A DNA stretch of 64,000 nt from Octopus vulgaris (taxonomy: Eukaryota). Shown in pieces: positions 41,201 to 54,869 of this stretch. The translations under genes were made by a program, and so were the position numbers. Below the pieces are notes generated by a model. That model worked only from the letters and a program-made list of their open reading frames with translations. It was not told the DNA's origin and ran no database searches. Numbering within the stretch: the stretch's first letter is position 1; every line of letters starts with the position of its first letter. Where the stretch lies: contig OX597818.1 in assembly GCA_951406725.2 (NCBI GenBank), forward strand, positions 86,862,001-86,926,000, given 5' to 3'.

Positions 41201-41810
41201 AGGAGTGACTGTGTGGTAAGTAGCTTGCTTACCAACCACATAGTTCTGGGTTCATTCCCACTGCATGTGGCAAGTGTCTTCTACTTTAGCCTCGGGCCGA
41301 CCAAAGCCTTGTAAGTGGATTTGGTAGACGGAAACTGAAAGAAGCCCGTCGTATATATGTGTATATATATATGTGTGTGTGTGTGTGTGTATGTTTGAGT
41401 GTGTGTTTGTCCCTCCTCCCCAACATCGCTTGACAACCGATGGTGGTGTGTTTACGTCCCCTAAACTTAGCGGTTCGGCAGAAAGAGACCAATAGAATAA
41501 GTACTAGGCTTACAAAGAATAAGTCCTGGGGTCAATTTGTTCGACTAAAGGTGGTGCTCCAGCATGGCCGCAGTCAAATGACTGAAACAAGTAAAAGAGT
41601 ATTCTGAGCTTATGATATTATATATACACATATATGTGTGTGTGTGTGCATATGTTTGAGTGTATGTTTGTCCCTCCTCCCCAACATCGCTTGACAACCG
41701 ATGGTGGTGTGTAAAGAATAAGTCCTGGGGTCAATTTGTTCGACTAAAGGTGGTGCTCCAGCATGGCTGCAGTCAAATGACTGAAACAAGTAAAAGAGTA
41801 TTCTGAGCTA
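41198..41810 (+). mobile_element. SINE family A plus tandem duplication of its 3' half and flank
   Basis: 41625-41810 repeats ~41370-41610 including attctgagct, with an internal deletion. Confidence 0.9.
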
Positions 41811-42527
41811 ATGAACCATTTCAGCCTCTCTTTTAAGATAAATAAGTAAATTAAAATATTGGGTGACATGACTATTTCAGGAGTTTGTAAGCTTCTGAAG
41901 TAAACTGTATCTCTTATAATGACAGTACATTACATATAATAAAATGTACTAACCCACACAAATAAATAAGTGATTCTTTTACATTTTACGCGTACATTGA
42001 AGAGGTTTTTGTTTGCGAAATTCAACGAGGAGTGGCTATATGGTGTCACGAGTGCAAAAATGTTTGTGTTAGGGGTGTGAATCTTAACCTGTGGCTTTAA
42101 ATATGATTACGGATTGTGTTTGTTGTTTTGCTGTACGTCATTGGCCAAACGAACAAGGAAATTTTTGACGGTTGCCTTACTCAGAGATCCTGTTTTTCTG
42201 TGTTTTGAAGACCGAGGCTGAACACAACATACCGCATATTTACACAAGTGTGAAGCGGATTTTGTTTCCTTATAACTTTGAGAAAATGAATACTTTTTAG
42301 CAAAATTTTGCTTATACTTGCTTCAGTTATTATATACTGCAGCCATGCTGGAGCACTGCCTCGAAGAATTTTAGTTGAATCGACCCTAGAACGGGTTTTT
42401 TAAGCGTGGTACTTATTCTATCGATCTGTTTTGCCGAACCGCTAAGTCCAAGGTTCTGCATAGTGAGACTGAACCCGGAGCCTTGTGATTACGAAACAAA
42501 CTTCTTACCACATAGCCATGCCTGCAC

Positions 42528-42572
<45 letters not shown>

Positions 42573-42577
<5 letters not shown>

Positions 42578-42782
42578 AGGGATGCTGAAAAGTTCTTGGT
42601 TTTAAGAGTATTACGAAAGAACCTTCCGAGTTCTTTTACAGGACTTAGAAGAAAAAAACCCCGAAAGATCGCTGCAATAAGTGTGTTAATCTGAGAGGGA
42701 AATATGTTGAATAAAACCATAATTAACTGATCCCCCTGTATTTTCTTCTACCCAAGCCAGGAACTTTTCAACCCCACCTCCC
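42573..42782 (+). mobile_element. mariner-derived MITE (same family as 11730)
   Basis: tgaaaagttcttgg..aagccaggaacttttca; KCVNLRGKYVE* remnant. Confidence 0.85.
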
Positions 42783-43494
42783 TCTTAACAATTAAATCAT
42801 ATTATGCACTTTGTTTTGCATAAAACCTGTCCGTAATGCAAACAGAAAAAAAGAAGAAGAAAAGATTAGGGGCCGTTGATCTTCTACACAAAGTTCCATC
42901 CTTGGATGATTCCAATAACCTATCAGTTTCTCTTTGTAAAGACGTTGTTTACCACTTACTCCACGGTTTTCCGTTTCTGCAAGAAATAAACGCCTGTGAG
43001 CAGTTCTGTACCACCTCAAATCAAAAGGCGTGCGGCAGCCTTTAACAATAGCTTATGGTCCATTTGTCTTTTTGGAAAGATCCCTATTAAATCCTCGTTA
43101 GCCGCCTCCGCAACTGTTATTTGTCTTGTGTCAGACTGGCTTGCATTCTTATTGTGGCCTAGCTATTGTGCCACACGCCCGTAAAACACCCGATGTTCTC
43201 AAGCTATTGTTTATCGTAAGCGGCGTTGCGCCCGTTTCACTGCGCTGACAAACTCTGTGTGTGGGGGATGGGGAAGAGACCTTTAGCCAGCGGTTTTTAA
43301 ACTAGCAAATAGTCTCGACCTTTTCTTTTATTAATGAGAAAACTAAATAGATTTTACATCTATTTTTGGTGCAGCCGTAAAGTAAGAAGTCCCATTGTAT
43401 GACGTCTTGGGCAAGTGACAAATATCTGTTATTGTATCCCCAGGCCGACCAAAGTCTTGTCAGTGGATTTGGTAGGCAGAAACTGAAAGAAACC

Positions 43495-43721
43495 GGCGAG
43501 CTGCCAGAAACGTTTGCATGCCGGGCGAAATGTTTAGCGATATTGTGTCTCTCGTTACGTTGTGAGTTCAAATTCCGCTGAGGTCAACTTTGCCTTTCAT
43601 CCTTTCGGGGTCGATAAATTAAGTACCAGTTACGCACTGGGGTCGGTGTAATCGACTTAATACCTATGTCTGTCCTTGTTTGTCCCCTCTATGATTATCC
43701 TTTTGTGGGCAATAAAGAAAT
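43495..43721 (+). mobile_element. SINE family B inserted into a SINE A-headed element
   Basis: TSD agaaactgaaagaa on both sides. Confidence 0.9.
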
Positions 43722-44052
43722 AAGAAACTGAAAGAAGCCCTTCATATAAGTATATGTGTGTGTATGTATGTGCGTGTGCGCACGTGTTTGTATCTCCTTG
43801 CGTGTTAGTCGTAAACAAATGTCGAGATAGGTGAGGGTTGGCAACAGACAAAGCAGCTTGCCATAGAAAAATCCTACTCAGGAAATCCGTTCGACCAATG
43901 CTAGTATGGAAAAGTGAACTTGAAACCAATGAGGATACTTCATTTTATATCATTGTGCAGGACAGGTTTAAGTAGCTTAAAACCATCTTAATTTTATAAA
44001 ACACGGAAATATGTTCGCTCACATCCCCACAGTCAGTTTTGGTACCAACAAG

Positions 44053-44100
<48 letters not shown>

Positions 44101-45191
44101 TTGATTTGAAAGAAATGGCAAGCTTAGCTGTGTGTTTGGAAGTTTGTTTGGTTCTAGGCTCAGTCACACTCCGTAGCACCTTGGATAAATGCATTCTACT
44201 ATAGCCTCGGGTGGATAGTTACTATAGCCTATGTAAGTGGATTTGATACACTTAAACTGAAAGAAATCGATCGTGTGTGTATGGATGGATGTGCGTGCGT
44301 GTCTATCACCATTTGATAACCGGTGTTGGTTTGTTTACATCCCTGTAATTTAGTGATTCGGCAAAGAGAACAAACGAATAAGTACCGGGCTTAAAAAACA
44401 TCAATACTGGGGTTGATTCGTTCGACTAAAACCTTGCAAGGCAGTGCCCCAGCTAGGCCACAGTCCAATGACTGAAACACGTAAACGTTAAAAGATAAAA
44501 TTAAACTAACAGATAGTTCTTTATGCACTCATATCAACGAAGATTGGATATGTGGATTAATTGTGCCAAATTCCCAACGACATTTGTCAGTTCCACTATT
44601 CACCTCGACATCAAACCTATTTTTAACTGTATGCAGGAGTATGCATGGTTTTGTTCATTTGTTTAATCGTGGAATATGAATGATGAAGACATTGTGGAGA
44701 GGTGTCGTCTGCTTCAATCATTCATCATTTATCGAAAGAACGAAATAAAGTGAGCTATTAAATGGAAATAAATAGATAGATAGATGCGTCTCTGTAATAA
44801 TACGTGGACGGATAGCTATGGAGGTAGATAGAGAGATACATAAAATAACAGAAAGAAAGGCAGTTTAATTATCTTCTCTGGTCGTCTGCATGAAGGTGGT
44901 GGTAGTGGTGGTCGTGGGGGCATACACACGGAAACCTTGGGTCGTTCTCTCCATTTTAACAACTTGTCGTCATCAGTTAAGTAAATGATTGAATGAAAGA
45001 GGGGGAGAAGAGTTAGATCGATAAATCAATAGAGCTGTTCCTACATGAACTCGCCATCTAAATACCAACACTTCATTGTTTTCTCTCCTTCTCCTCCCGC
45101 CCGCCATTCGACAGCTTCCCGCCACTTTAACTTCGCCGTCTTAATAGCACACACATACGTATACATACACACACACATCTGTGTGTGTATG

Positions 45192-45241
<50 letters not shown>

Positions 45242-45336
45242 ATTCTGTGTGATGTACTCACGGCGCTGTGCAACTTTTCATTGCCAAGCCTATGTCCAAA
45301 GCAGGTTTTTCTTGGTCTCTTTCAAAAGCTGTTGAA

Positions 45337-45393
<57 letters not shown>

Positions 45394-45780
45394 AAAACCT
45401 GACTGACTATAAGCTGAAATATGTCTCTTCCTTAACAGTCTACTTCTTTTCTGTGCGTGTGTATAAAACTAAAACAATAAAAAACTATTGGATATTTTCA
45501 GAGTAGTTTTCACAAGAAAAGTTTCTTATCCTTCTGGTGGATTACACCAGCTTTTTCTCTTTGTCTATAAATTCTGTAACACACACACGACGCCCCCTCT
45601 CTCTCTCACGTACACACACACACACACACACATATATCCAGACGCACATACTCACACACACACATATCCACACGCACACGCACACACACACACACACACA
45701 CGCATACTCTCTCTGATGTATGGCTACATCTATCACACATACTTCTGTAACGGACATCAAATTGTGTATCTATCTACTGC

Positions 45781-45904
45781 CACGCATGGACAAGTTTTTA
45801 CGAGAAACAGGCCACATGAGACATGGTTCATCTTCAGGCGGAAAGTAACTTTTCGTTAGGCGTGTCATTCAAAAAATCCCCCAGGCTGCATTTGCCCATG
45901 ACTG
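45781..45904 (+). mobile_element. short hAT MITE, same family as 52158-52940
   Basis: ggccacatgagacatgg and ttttcgttaggcgtg.cattca shared. Confidence 0.65.
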
Positions 45905-46435
45905 ATTTAGTGTATATATTAAAATTGTGTGTATATTTCAAGAAAAAAAAATGTAGAATTTGAGTGTAGTAGTATTTTGTTCAGTGTCGGCGAAAAATTA
46001 ATACAAGTAAATAACTGAAATTGGAATAAATTTAATTCCGTGAGGATGTCAAGAATTCTTTATATAAACACCCGAAGCGTTCAACTTTCCTTCAAGACAA
46101 AACCATTATTAAGTGTTTGGATTACAATGGCGTATCAGGCGCGTGCGTGTGTGTGTGTGTGTGTGATATTCATACATACAGGATTTATATCCGCTCACGC
46201 TGTCTCGAGTTACGTCTTTTGTCATTTCCCTCTTGACGAAATTAATGGGAAAAAATAAAGTTCAACTTACGTCTGTCTCAGCGAGCATAGTTAAAAGCAC
46301 GAGGGTTTTAAAGATACCTAAAAACCAATACGGATTGGAAAATCAAAATAGATGTAAAAATATGTACAAATCATTTGCTAAAACATAATAAACTGATGAA
46401 ATGTTTAAAGAGTTTTTTGTCGTGTTACGTCGATT

Positions 46436-46858
46436 GGCGATCTTTCGTCTCTAGTAGACCTTTCCGTCGATTTCCGTAAAAAAATTTTTTTTTACATATG
46501 GGCCTTGCGGGAACTTTTGAAGTAATGAGAGCGAAAGAGACTAAGAGAAAGCGATTGTATGACGAGGGAAGTTCTTTTGAAGTTACCGTGCATGGGAGCA
46601 TTGATGTATATGTGTGTGTGTGTGTGTGTTTGATGGGATGTGGGAGACAGACAGTATGTTGTGTAAGTGAAGTGCTTCTGTTAGTGTGTGTGAAGAGACA
46701 GAGTAATGTGTGAAAGAAAGAGATAACTGAAATTTTTTACTCTGTGTATGTGTATATGTATGTATATTACTTCAAAAGTTCCCGCAAGCCCATATGTAAA
46801 AAAAAAAAAAATGTTTACGGAAATCGACGGAAAGGTCTACTTGAGACGAAAGATCGCC
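46436..46858. mobile_element. MITE with ~90-bp TIRs and perfect 8-bp TSD (Merlin-like)
   Basis: ggcgatctttcgtctc..gaagtaat / attacttc..gagacgaaagatcgcc; TSD cgtcgatt at 46428-46435 and 46859-46866; GG..CC termini. Confidence 0.88.
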
Positions 46859-46959
46859 CGTCGATTTTCTAAATCGCACGTCTTGGAATTATCGTCATAA
46901 TATGAAGTATGCATCTGTATGTATGTGTGTGTGTGTGTGTGTGTGTACATACATGGTGG

Positions 46960-47290
46960 GTGGAGGTACATGGCTTATTGGTTAGAGCGTCGGGCTCACA
47001 ATCATGAGGTAGTGAGACTGGGCTGTGTTGTGTTCTTCAGCAAGACACTTTATTTCACATTGCCCCATTTCACTCAGCTGTAGAAATGAGTTGCGACGTC
47101 ACTGGTACCAAGCTGTATCGGCCTTCGCCTTTCTTTTGGGTAACATCAGTGGCTTGGAGGAGAGGGGAGGCTGGTATGCATGGGTGACTGCTGGTCTGCC
47201 ATAAACAATCTTGCTGGACTTGTACTTCGGAGGGAAACTTTCTAGGTGCAATCCCATGGTCATTCATGACCGAAGGGGTTCTTTACCCTT
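46960..47290 (+). mobile_element. SINE family D
   Basis: tRNA-like head; cagcaagacactttatttcac..cactcagctgtagaaatgag body. Confidence 0.85.
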
Positions 47291-47301
47291 AACACTTTAT
47301 A

Positions 47302-47620
47302 TAGTGGGACCTCGGTTTACGAAATTAATTCGTTCCTGAAGGCCCTTCGTCACCCTAAATGTTCGTTAGGCGAAACTAGGACAATCCCGGCGAATTTGAG
47401 CTGGGTTATTTCCGGCTTGTACATTCGTTACTCGAGATACCGTTCGTCACTAGAGATGTTTTATGTTCTAAAACTCGTTCGTGATGAGAGGGGTTTGTAA
47501 ACCGTGGTTCTACTATACAGCAATCTCTCGCCATTTCGCGGTTCACCTATCGCTCACTCAGTACACCGCGGATTTCTCTGGATAATATATGAAAATTTAT
47601 ATCGCGGGTTTCTGCGGCCA
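47302..47620. mobile_element. pogo/Tigger-type MITE (47302-47515) abutting the start of a second one (47518-~47620)
   Basis: TA-flanked tagtgggacctcggtttacgaa / tttgtaaaccgtggttctacta; then ta cagcaatctctcgc..tcgcggttcac. Confidence 0.75.
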
Positions 47621-47621
47621 C

Positions 47622-47688
<67 letters not shown>

Positions 47689-48139
47689 ACTACCTCTGAA
47701 AGCTTAGTTGACAATTACTTTTTTACTTAGTATTTTTTTTTTCTTTGGCAGGCTTGAAAAATACGAACACCACCATTATTCCACTCAACCTCCATACGTG
47801 TTTATCCACTATTTTCCCAGTCAAATCCGTCTCCTGTCGCCCTCCCAAAAAAGGGACAATACATCCTACCCTCCTGCCATTACTTACTCAGATCTAAGTC
47901 CTTTTTCATTGCAACAATGGACTTTAACCCCCCTTTTCTTCTCAACAGATGTCATATTTGTTTATGTGAGGAGGGAGAAGAGGATTTTCTTGTTTATGGT
48001 TTTGTACTCCCCTCCCCAATACATATCCCCCCTCATCCTTTCTTTTAGTTTCAGTGTGTGTTAGGGTAGTAGTCGGCGTGTTCGTAATAAATGTTGGAAA
48101 GCTTTCCTGGAATTGGGGAGGGAAAGAGAGTGGGAGTGT

Positions 48140-48490
48140 ATTTTTTACTTGCTTCAGTCATTTGACTGCGGCCATTCTGAAGCACCGCATTGAAGTGCTT
48201 TTGGTCGAACAATTAGATCCCAGGACTTATTTTAGTACTTATTCTATCGGCTTCTTTGCCGAGCCGTTAAGTTATGGGGACGTAAACACACCGACACCGG
48301 TTGTCAAATGATGACGGCAGGGTACACGCACACATATGTGTTCAGTTTCCGTCTACCAAATCCACTCACAAGGCCTCGGTCGACCCGAGGCTGTAGTAGA
48401 ATACGCTTTCCCAAGGTGTCACGCAGTGGTGCTGAACCCGGAGCCATGTAGTTGTGAAGCAAGCTTCTTACCACATAGCCACGCCTGCGC

Positions 48491-48492
<2 letters not shown>
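48140..48492 (-). mobile_element. SINE family A
   Basis: match to family A. Confidence 0.88.
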
Positions 48493-48534
<42 letters not shown>

Positions 48535-49099
48535 ACACTGTGAAGGTATGTGGCTTTGTGGTTAACGTGTTGTGCACACAGTCCCAAGATCGTGGTTTCG
48601 ATTCCCAGGCCGGCGGTCCGTTGTGTTTTTGAGCAAAACACTTCATTTTCACGTTGCTCCTGTGAATTCGGTTACAACTAGGTAGCCGTCGCTGGATAAC
48701 CCTGCAACGGACAATAAGTACAAAAATTTAACCCGATACAGAGGGACAATACAAGGCAGAAAAGGTGGGATCATGAAATGGAATCGTGTAAACATATAAA
48801 ACAACAATGGTACCTTAAGGGGGGAGTTGGTGGTGGAAACCCCACAAGCCACAAGACAACCTTATCGCTAAGGCAGAAGAAGCCTAGAAGTTTAAACCCA
48901 AGTTAGGCCCATTCGTTCAAACCATTTGTACAGCTTTTACCCATTTTTGCACATCCAAATCTACTGACCTGAAGTCGTTGAGAAAGCGTCCTTGCTTTCA
49001 AAACGATCCCAGGCCACGCACATTTAAGCAGCCTAACTTGAGCAAAACCAAAAGAAGTGATGCACTATTTACTTTTTGGGCTTCGGGGAAGGTGAGAGG

Positions 49100-49860
49100 T
49101 TATAAAAACTCGTAAACCAGTTACCCTAAAAACTCTTTTACATGGAACAGAGACCTGGGTACCATATCGTAGGTACACCAATCTGATCTCGGGTAAAATC
49201 TGTGAAGTTGAGTGGGTTGATAAATTGAAGAATAGCACTATCCTAGAAATGTGTGGAATATCCGAAATAGAGGCTTTCTTAATCAAGTCTCAAATGCGAC
49301 AGAGACCTGTGTACCTTATCGTAGGTACACCAGTCTGCTGAACAACTTTCATATGGGATGTCTCAGGTAAAATCTGTGAGGTTGAGTGGGATGATAGATT
49401 GAAAAATAGCACTATCCTGGAAATGTGTGGAATATCCGAAATAGAGGCTTTGTTGATCAAGTCTCAGATGCGACAATATGGACACATCTTTCGCATGAAT
49501 AGCGGTCGAATGCCAAAACAAATCTTTTATGGTCAGCTTCTAAATTTACGACGTAGACCAGCTACTTTTACTGTGTAAGGACAAATTAAAAGATAATTTA
49601 AAACGTTTGAGTATTAGGAACGGAAATTTTGAGAGTCTTGCGAGAGACAGTGCAGACTGGGAAGAGAATGCTTTTTCCAACTTCAAATTTTCGAAACCCA
49701 AAAGGTACAGCATCAAAAAGCAGTTACGGGAACACAGGAAAAGGGACCAACAGAACATCAGTCATCCCGCAAACGACCATTGTCCACTTTGTTATTTCTC
49801 GGTTAGATCACGTGCTGGTTTTAATAAGCAATGCTCATGCTCATCCATATTGCTTTTGGT
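49100..49860 (+). mobile_element. decayed RTE-clade (BovB-like) LINE, 3' part of RT ORF, with an internal ~150-170 bp tandem duplication
   Basis: TLLHGTETWVPYRR, NSTILEMCGISEIEALLIKSQMRQYGHIFRMNSGRMPKQIFYGQL, CPLC..RSRAG; 49148-49297 repeated at 49298-49473. Confidence 0.85.
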
Positions 49861-51050
49861 GGCTTGAGGACACACACGAGGAGTTTCTAGAAGTGAATGA
49901 ATTGTAAACATTAGTAAATAGTAATAATAATAATAATAATAATCTGAATGTGTTGTTAGCACCTTAGGCAAGTGTCTTCTTACAATAACCTCGAGCTGAC
50001 CAAAGCCTTGTGAGTGGATTTGGTAGACGGAAACCGAAAGAAGCCCGTCGTGTGTGTGTGTGGTATTTGTATGTATATATGTGTGTGTGTGTGTGTGAGC
50101 GATCCCTTGGTCCGTGTTGCAAAAAAAGTTTGAAGACTGCTCATCTAGTGAACGGTTATAAGTTAAAAATAAATTTTTTAGAATGTTCAAAAGTTCAAAA
50201 CATCTACAACCTGTAATCCTTAATTTTAAATCAAGTATATTTTTCCTATTTCATTGGCACCAACACTGACCTGGTTTTATTCCAAGAACTCCAAACACCC
50301 ACCCATCACCACCACAACCTTCTACCAACTCTATCATACACTTTTCTGACCTAATACACTTAGATTTTTAAATTGCCATTCTCGAAAATATGCTGAACCG
50401 AATTTGTCTATTTTCACCAGAAGTGCTTAAATTTGGCAAGGACATCTGAAGCAGGTCTTGAAGTAAACAGCCAAGTTACCAAATTATTGGCACTTATGCT
50501 AATAATAATTATGGTTCCATGTCCTCAAATGTTTATAGCGTTCGTTACTGTTGGTTTGAGACTTGATGTACTCAAAGTTTCTTCCTTCCTTTCTCCCTCC
50601 GTTTCTTTCTGCTTCTCTGCCTCTTCCTTCATTCCCACCCCTCATTAAAACTTCTCAGCTCTAACTAGAATCAAAGAATATTGGGTAAATTTGGACTATT
50701 CCTGCTGTTTTGCTCTGTAAAACACAGACATCTTCCATGATACGAATGACTGAGTGCTTATTTTGCTGATTTTCTAGAACGGCGGATGACTAGAGAAGAC
50801 GGTTCATAGTGGACACGCCAATATTACTGCTGTATATCTTGTGTACTTTTACCATCATGGTTAGCTCTTAGTGGGCTTCTTTCACTAATTTCTAGATAGG
50901 TACCAGCAGAAAGTACACTTGACCTTCTCTCTTTTTTTAATAAAACACACCTACTGTCAAGTGGTTGGCATTACGAAGGGTATCCATTTGTAGAAATCAT
51001 GCCAAAGCAATCATTGATGCATGACGCCATCCTTGAGCTCATTCAATCCT

Positions 51051-51783
51051 TATTTCTTTACTGCCCACAAGGGGCTAAACACAGAAGGGTCAAACAAGGA
51101 CAAACGGATTAAGTAACTGGTACTTATTTAATCGACCCCGAAAGGTTGAAAGGCAAAGTCGACCTCGGCGGAATTTGAACTCAGAACGTAGCGACAGACG
51201 AAATACCTATTTCTTTACTACCCAAAAGGGGCTAAACACAGAGAGATCAAACAAGGACAGACAAACGGATTAAGTCGATTATATCGACCCCCGTGCGTAA
51301 CTGGTACTTAATTTATCGACCCTGAAAGGATGAAAGGTAAAGTCGACCTCGGCGGAATTTGAACTCAGAACGTAGCGGCAGACGAAATACCTATTTGTTT
51401 ACTCAGAACGTAGCAGAAGACGAAATACCGCTAAGCATTATATCGACCCCAGTGCGTAACTGGTACTTGATTTATCGACCCCGAAAGGATGAAAGGTAAA
51501 GTCGACCTCGGCGGAATTTGAACTCAGAACGTAGCGGCAGACGAAATACCTATTTCTTTACTACCCACAAGGGGCTAAACACAGAGAGGACAAACAAGGA
51601 CAGACAAACGGATTAAGTCGATTATATCGACCTCTGTGCGTAACTGGTACTTATTTAATCGACCCCGAAAGGATGAAAGGTAATGTCGACCTCGGCGGAA
51701 TTTGAACTCAGAACGTAGCGGCAGACGAAATACCGCTAAGCATTTCGCCCGGCGTGCTAACGTTTCTTCCAGCTCGCCGCCTT
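51051..51783 (-). mobile_element. head-to-tail tandem array of SINE family B (one head, ~4 bodies)
   Basis: junction gacgaaatacc|tattt at ~51208, ~51391 and ~51550; flanking cattca.t.cttat direct repeat; interrupts an RTE-type tail fragment (50955-51050 / 51790-51860). Confidence 0.9.
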
Positions 51784-52157
51784 ACATTCATTCTTATCAA
51801 ACCGTTCAAGCCATGCCCCAGCATGGAATATGAACATTAGATGATGATGATGATGATCAAACCCACAGTGTTCCATGTGTCGTTGTGTTTTGCCCTCCCC
51901 GTCTCAACTTTTGAAAACCAATAAGAAGCAAAAATGAGACCGATAGATTAAGTACCAGACTTAATACAGAGGTATTAAGGGTGGATTAGTTTATCTTCTT
52001 ACGTAAACCCTTCAAAGTGGGGCACCAGCATGGCCGCAGTCCAATGACTGAAACAGGTAAAAGAATAAAAGATACAGTGTTTGATAAAAAAAGAAAAAAA
52101 TTACAAGTTTGCCGCGGTTGTGACGCTTTTGATTGTAGGTCTTTGCTCAATCTAGAC

Positions 52158-52940
52158 CAGACATGGATAACCTTTTTCGAGAAGTGGGCCGCATGAGACA
52201 TGGCAGCAAGACTTATTTTTGTACTCCCCACAGAAAGCACTCCTTTTTTATTTAATTTTTCTTCTACCCCCCCCCCCCGCATTTTCGGCTACGGAAAATA
52301 CGAATCTGCAAAAAAAAATTGGCAAAAGTCGGCATTTTGAAATTACCCCCACCCAACCACCATAAAATCTTCAGTTTTAACTTTTTTTCAGAATTTTTTT
52401 TTTTTTTTCTTTTTCAAAATATGCGGGAAAATACGGAGATTATAATTCTGAAAAAAAATTTCAAAAAATTTTTCTACTTAGGGTTAGGGTTTTACGGTTA
52501 GAGTTGGGGTTTTAGGTTTACGGTTACGGAAAAAGTGAAAAATAAAGAAATTGGTGGGGGAGGGGATGTAAGGGGCGGTGAGGAAATTTCAAAATTCCGA
52601 TTTTTGGCAATTTTCCGGAATTTCCGTATCCGAAAACATGGGGTTTTTGGCAAAAAAATAAAATAATAAAATAATAATAGTTTGCGAGAAAATGGAGGTG
52701 GGGGATACAGGAGGAAGTCTTTCCGATATGGCTCATTTCCAGGTGAGCTGCATTATTAAAAAAAAAACTAAAAGGTTGATTTTTAGTTAAGCGTGCTTTT
52801 CAGAAAGTCCCGCGGGCCACATGAGAGGCATGGCTCATCATCGGGTGGACAGCACTACAAAAAAAGAAAAGATCAATGGTTGATTTTTCGTTAGGCGTGC
52901 CATTCAGAAAGTCCCGCGGGCCGCAGGCTGTCCGCGACAC
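52158..52940 (+). mobile_element. hAT (Charlie-like) non-autonomous element containing an internal fold-back segment
   Basis: 8-bp TSD atctagac (52150-52157, 52941-52948) fitting the NTCTAGAN preference; cag start; gcgggccgca subterminal motifs. Confidence 0.8.
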
Positions 52941-54150
52941 ATCTAGACTGACCTGAGACTAGACAGCAATTGCATCCACCACCACCACCACCACCACTGT
53001 CAATACCACAATTACCGCTACAACACCTTTTTTTGTCCCCGGTCTCTGTTTTAATACCCCAGACTGCAATACTCCAACCTACCTCCTACCCGACAACATT
53101 AATATATGATGGTTGTAGCAGGGTGGTGGTCGAAGTGTCTTCTAAGTTATTTGACATTCTCTACCTCATATTTACCGGAGGAAAATAAAGGGGTGCAGCT
53201 GTAACTAGAGAGACGTATCCCATACACTTTTTCTGTATATTACTACCTCCTACCCCCACCTCCTGTCACCCTCTCTGAACTTCTCAGTTACCTTTCAAAC
53301 CGTCACCCCCACCCCCACTCGTTCTACACCTTGTTCTATTCGCATTGTTGACATAGTTTCATTATAAAAGGTGACCTTAACCTTCTCTCTTTCTTACCTG
53401 TCTGCTACCTGATGCTGTCGCCACCGCCGACGCCGCCACTGTCACCTGATTCCGTCATCATGGCACTACACCACCACCACCACCACCACGTTTTCCTCCC
53501 TCCTCTCTCATTCTACCATTACCATCTAATGCCGCCATCATCATCATCATCACCACCTGATACCACCCCTACCACCCTCGTTCTTCGCGCACTGCAACCA
53601 CGAGTCAACTAAGGGAGTCAACAATGTGATCGTCCGATCTGCTAGAAACAACAGCTAAATCTCTTCATATTGTATTCTTTCATCTAAGAAGAGTCTTCGA
53701 AGAAAGGAAACACGCACGGATAATGAATATGGTTCTGCATTCTCTGCACACACACACATACACACACACACACACAATTAAAAAGTAAGATAATAAATAC
53801 ATTACTGACGTTATATCATAAACAATTAATAATTATTTATGAATATATCAATGGGCATGGCCAAACATGTTATCCTGTAATACATAGGATACATGTTATA
53901 AAATACACTCTCCTGTATACATATATTGCTCAGAGATTTATTGGCTTAGATTTACCTTTGGGGCTGGCCAGATCGGAGCAATCTCAAGATTAATCTGTGG
54001 AAATTGCGAGGATGATCCGGTTCTTGACGGAAGATTGAAAGCTTCGAATGTCCCGTCCGTGTTTTTTGTATCGTCTTCTAAATGTTTTGCGTTCTTGTCC
54101 CAGTTTGTATTTTTTTTACATATATATATTTATGTAAACACCTGTGTGTT

Positions 54151-54209
<59 letters not shown>

Positions 54210-54506
54210 TTCAGTTATTAGTCTGCGGTCATTCTGGGGCACCGTCTTGAAGTTTTAGTCGAATGAATTAACCCCAGTACTTATTTTTATCGGTCTCTTT
54301 TTCCTGAACTAAGTTACGAGGACATAAGCAAACCAACACCGGGTGTCAAACTGTGGTGTGAGACAAACACCGACACACACACACACACACCGGACGAAAT
54401 GGTCACAGATGGAATGCCTTTGGTCATATGTTTACGCTGTCATCTGGAACCAAACAGCAATAAACAACAACCATTTTCTGCCAGTAACAACTTCACTCTA
54501 AATACC

Positions 54507-54680
54507 TATTTCTTTACTACCCAGAAGGGGCTAAACACAGAGGAGACAAACAAGGACAGACAAAGGGATTAAGTTGATTACATCGATCCCAGTGCGTAAC
54601 TGGTACTTAATTTATCGACCCCGAAAGGATGAAAGGCAAAGTCGACCTCGGCGGAATTTGAACTCAGAACGTAACGGCTA
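54507..54680 (-). mobile_element. SINE family B, 5'-truncated
   Basis: flanking direct repeat ctaaatacct. Confidence 0.9.
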
Positions 54681-54816
54681 AATACCTTAACCGTTATCAC
54701 CGCCACCATCGTCACTACCATTGTCATGTTGGTGTGTCTGAAGTGGAGCAGACGTCGTGTGAGTGTGTGAGATATATTTGTAGTTTTTGTCTGTTAACTT
54801 TATCTCTGAAAACTGG

Positions 54817-54869
<53 letters not shown>

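Noticed and set aside
50411-50480. ttttcaccag acceptor as candidate Caskin exon 2
   Set aside because: Phase-1 reading gives KVLKFGKDI then a stop; no ankyrin NVN.QD motif.
52478-52520. Telomere or chromosome-fusion relic
   Set aside because: Only about two perfect TTAGGG units, located inside a transposon.
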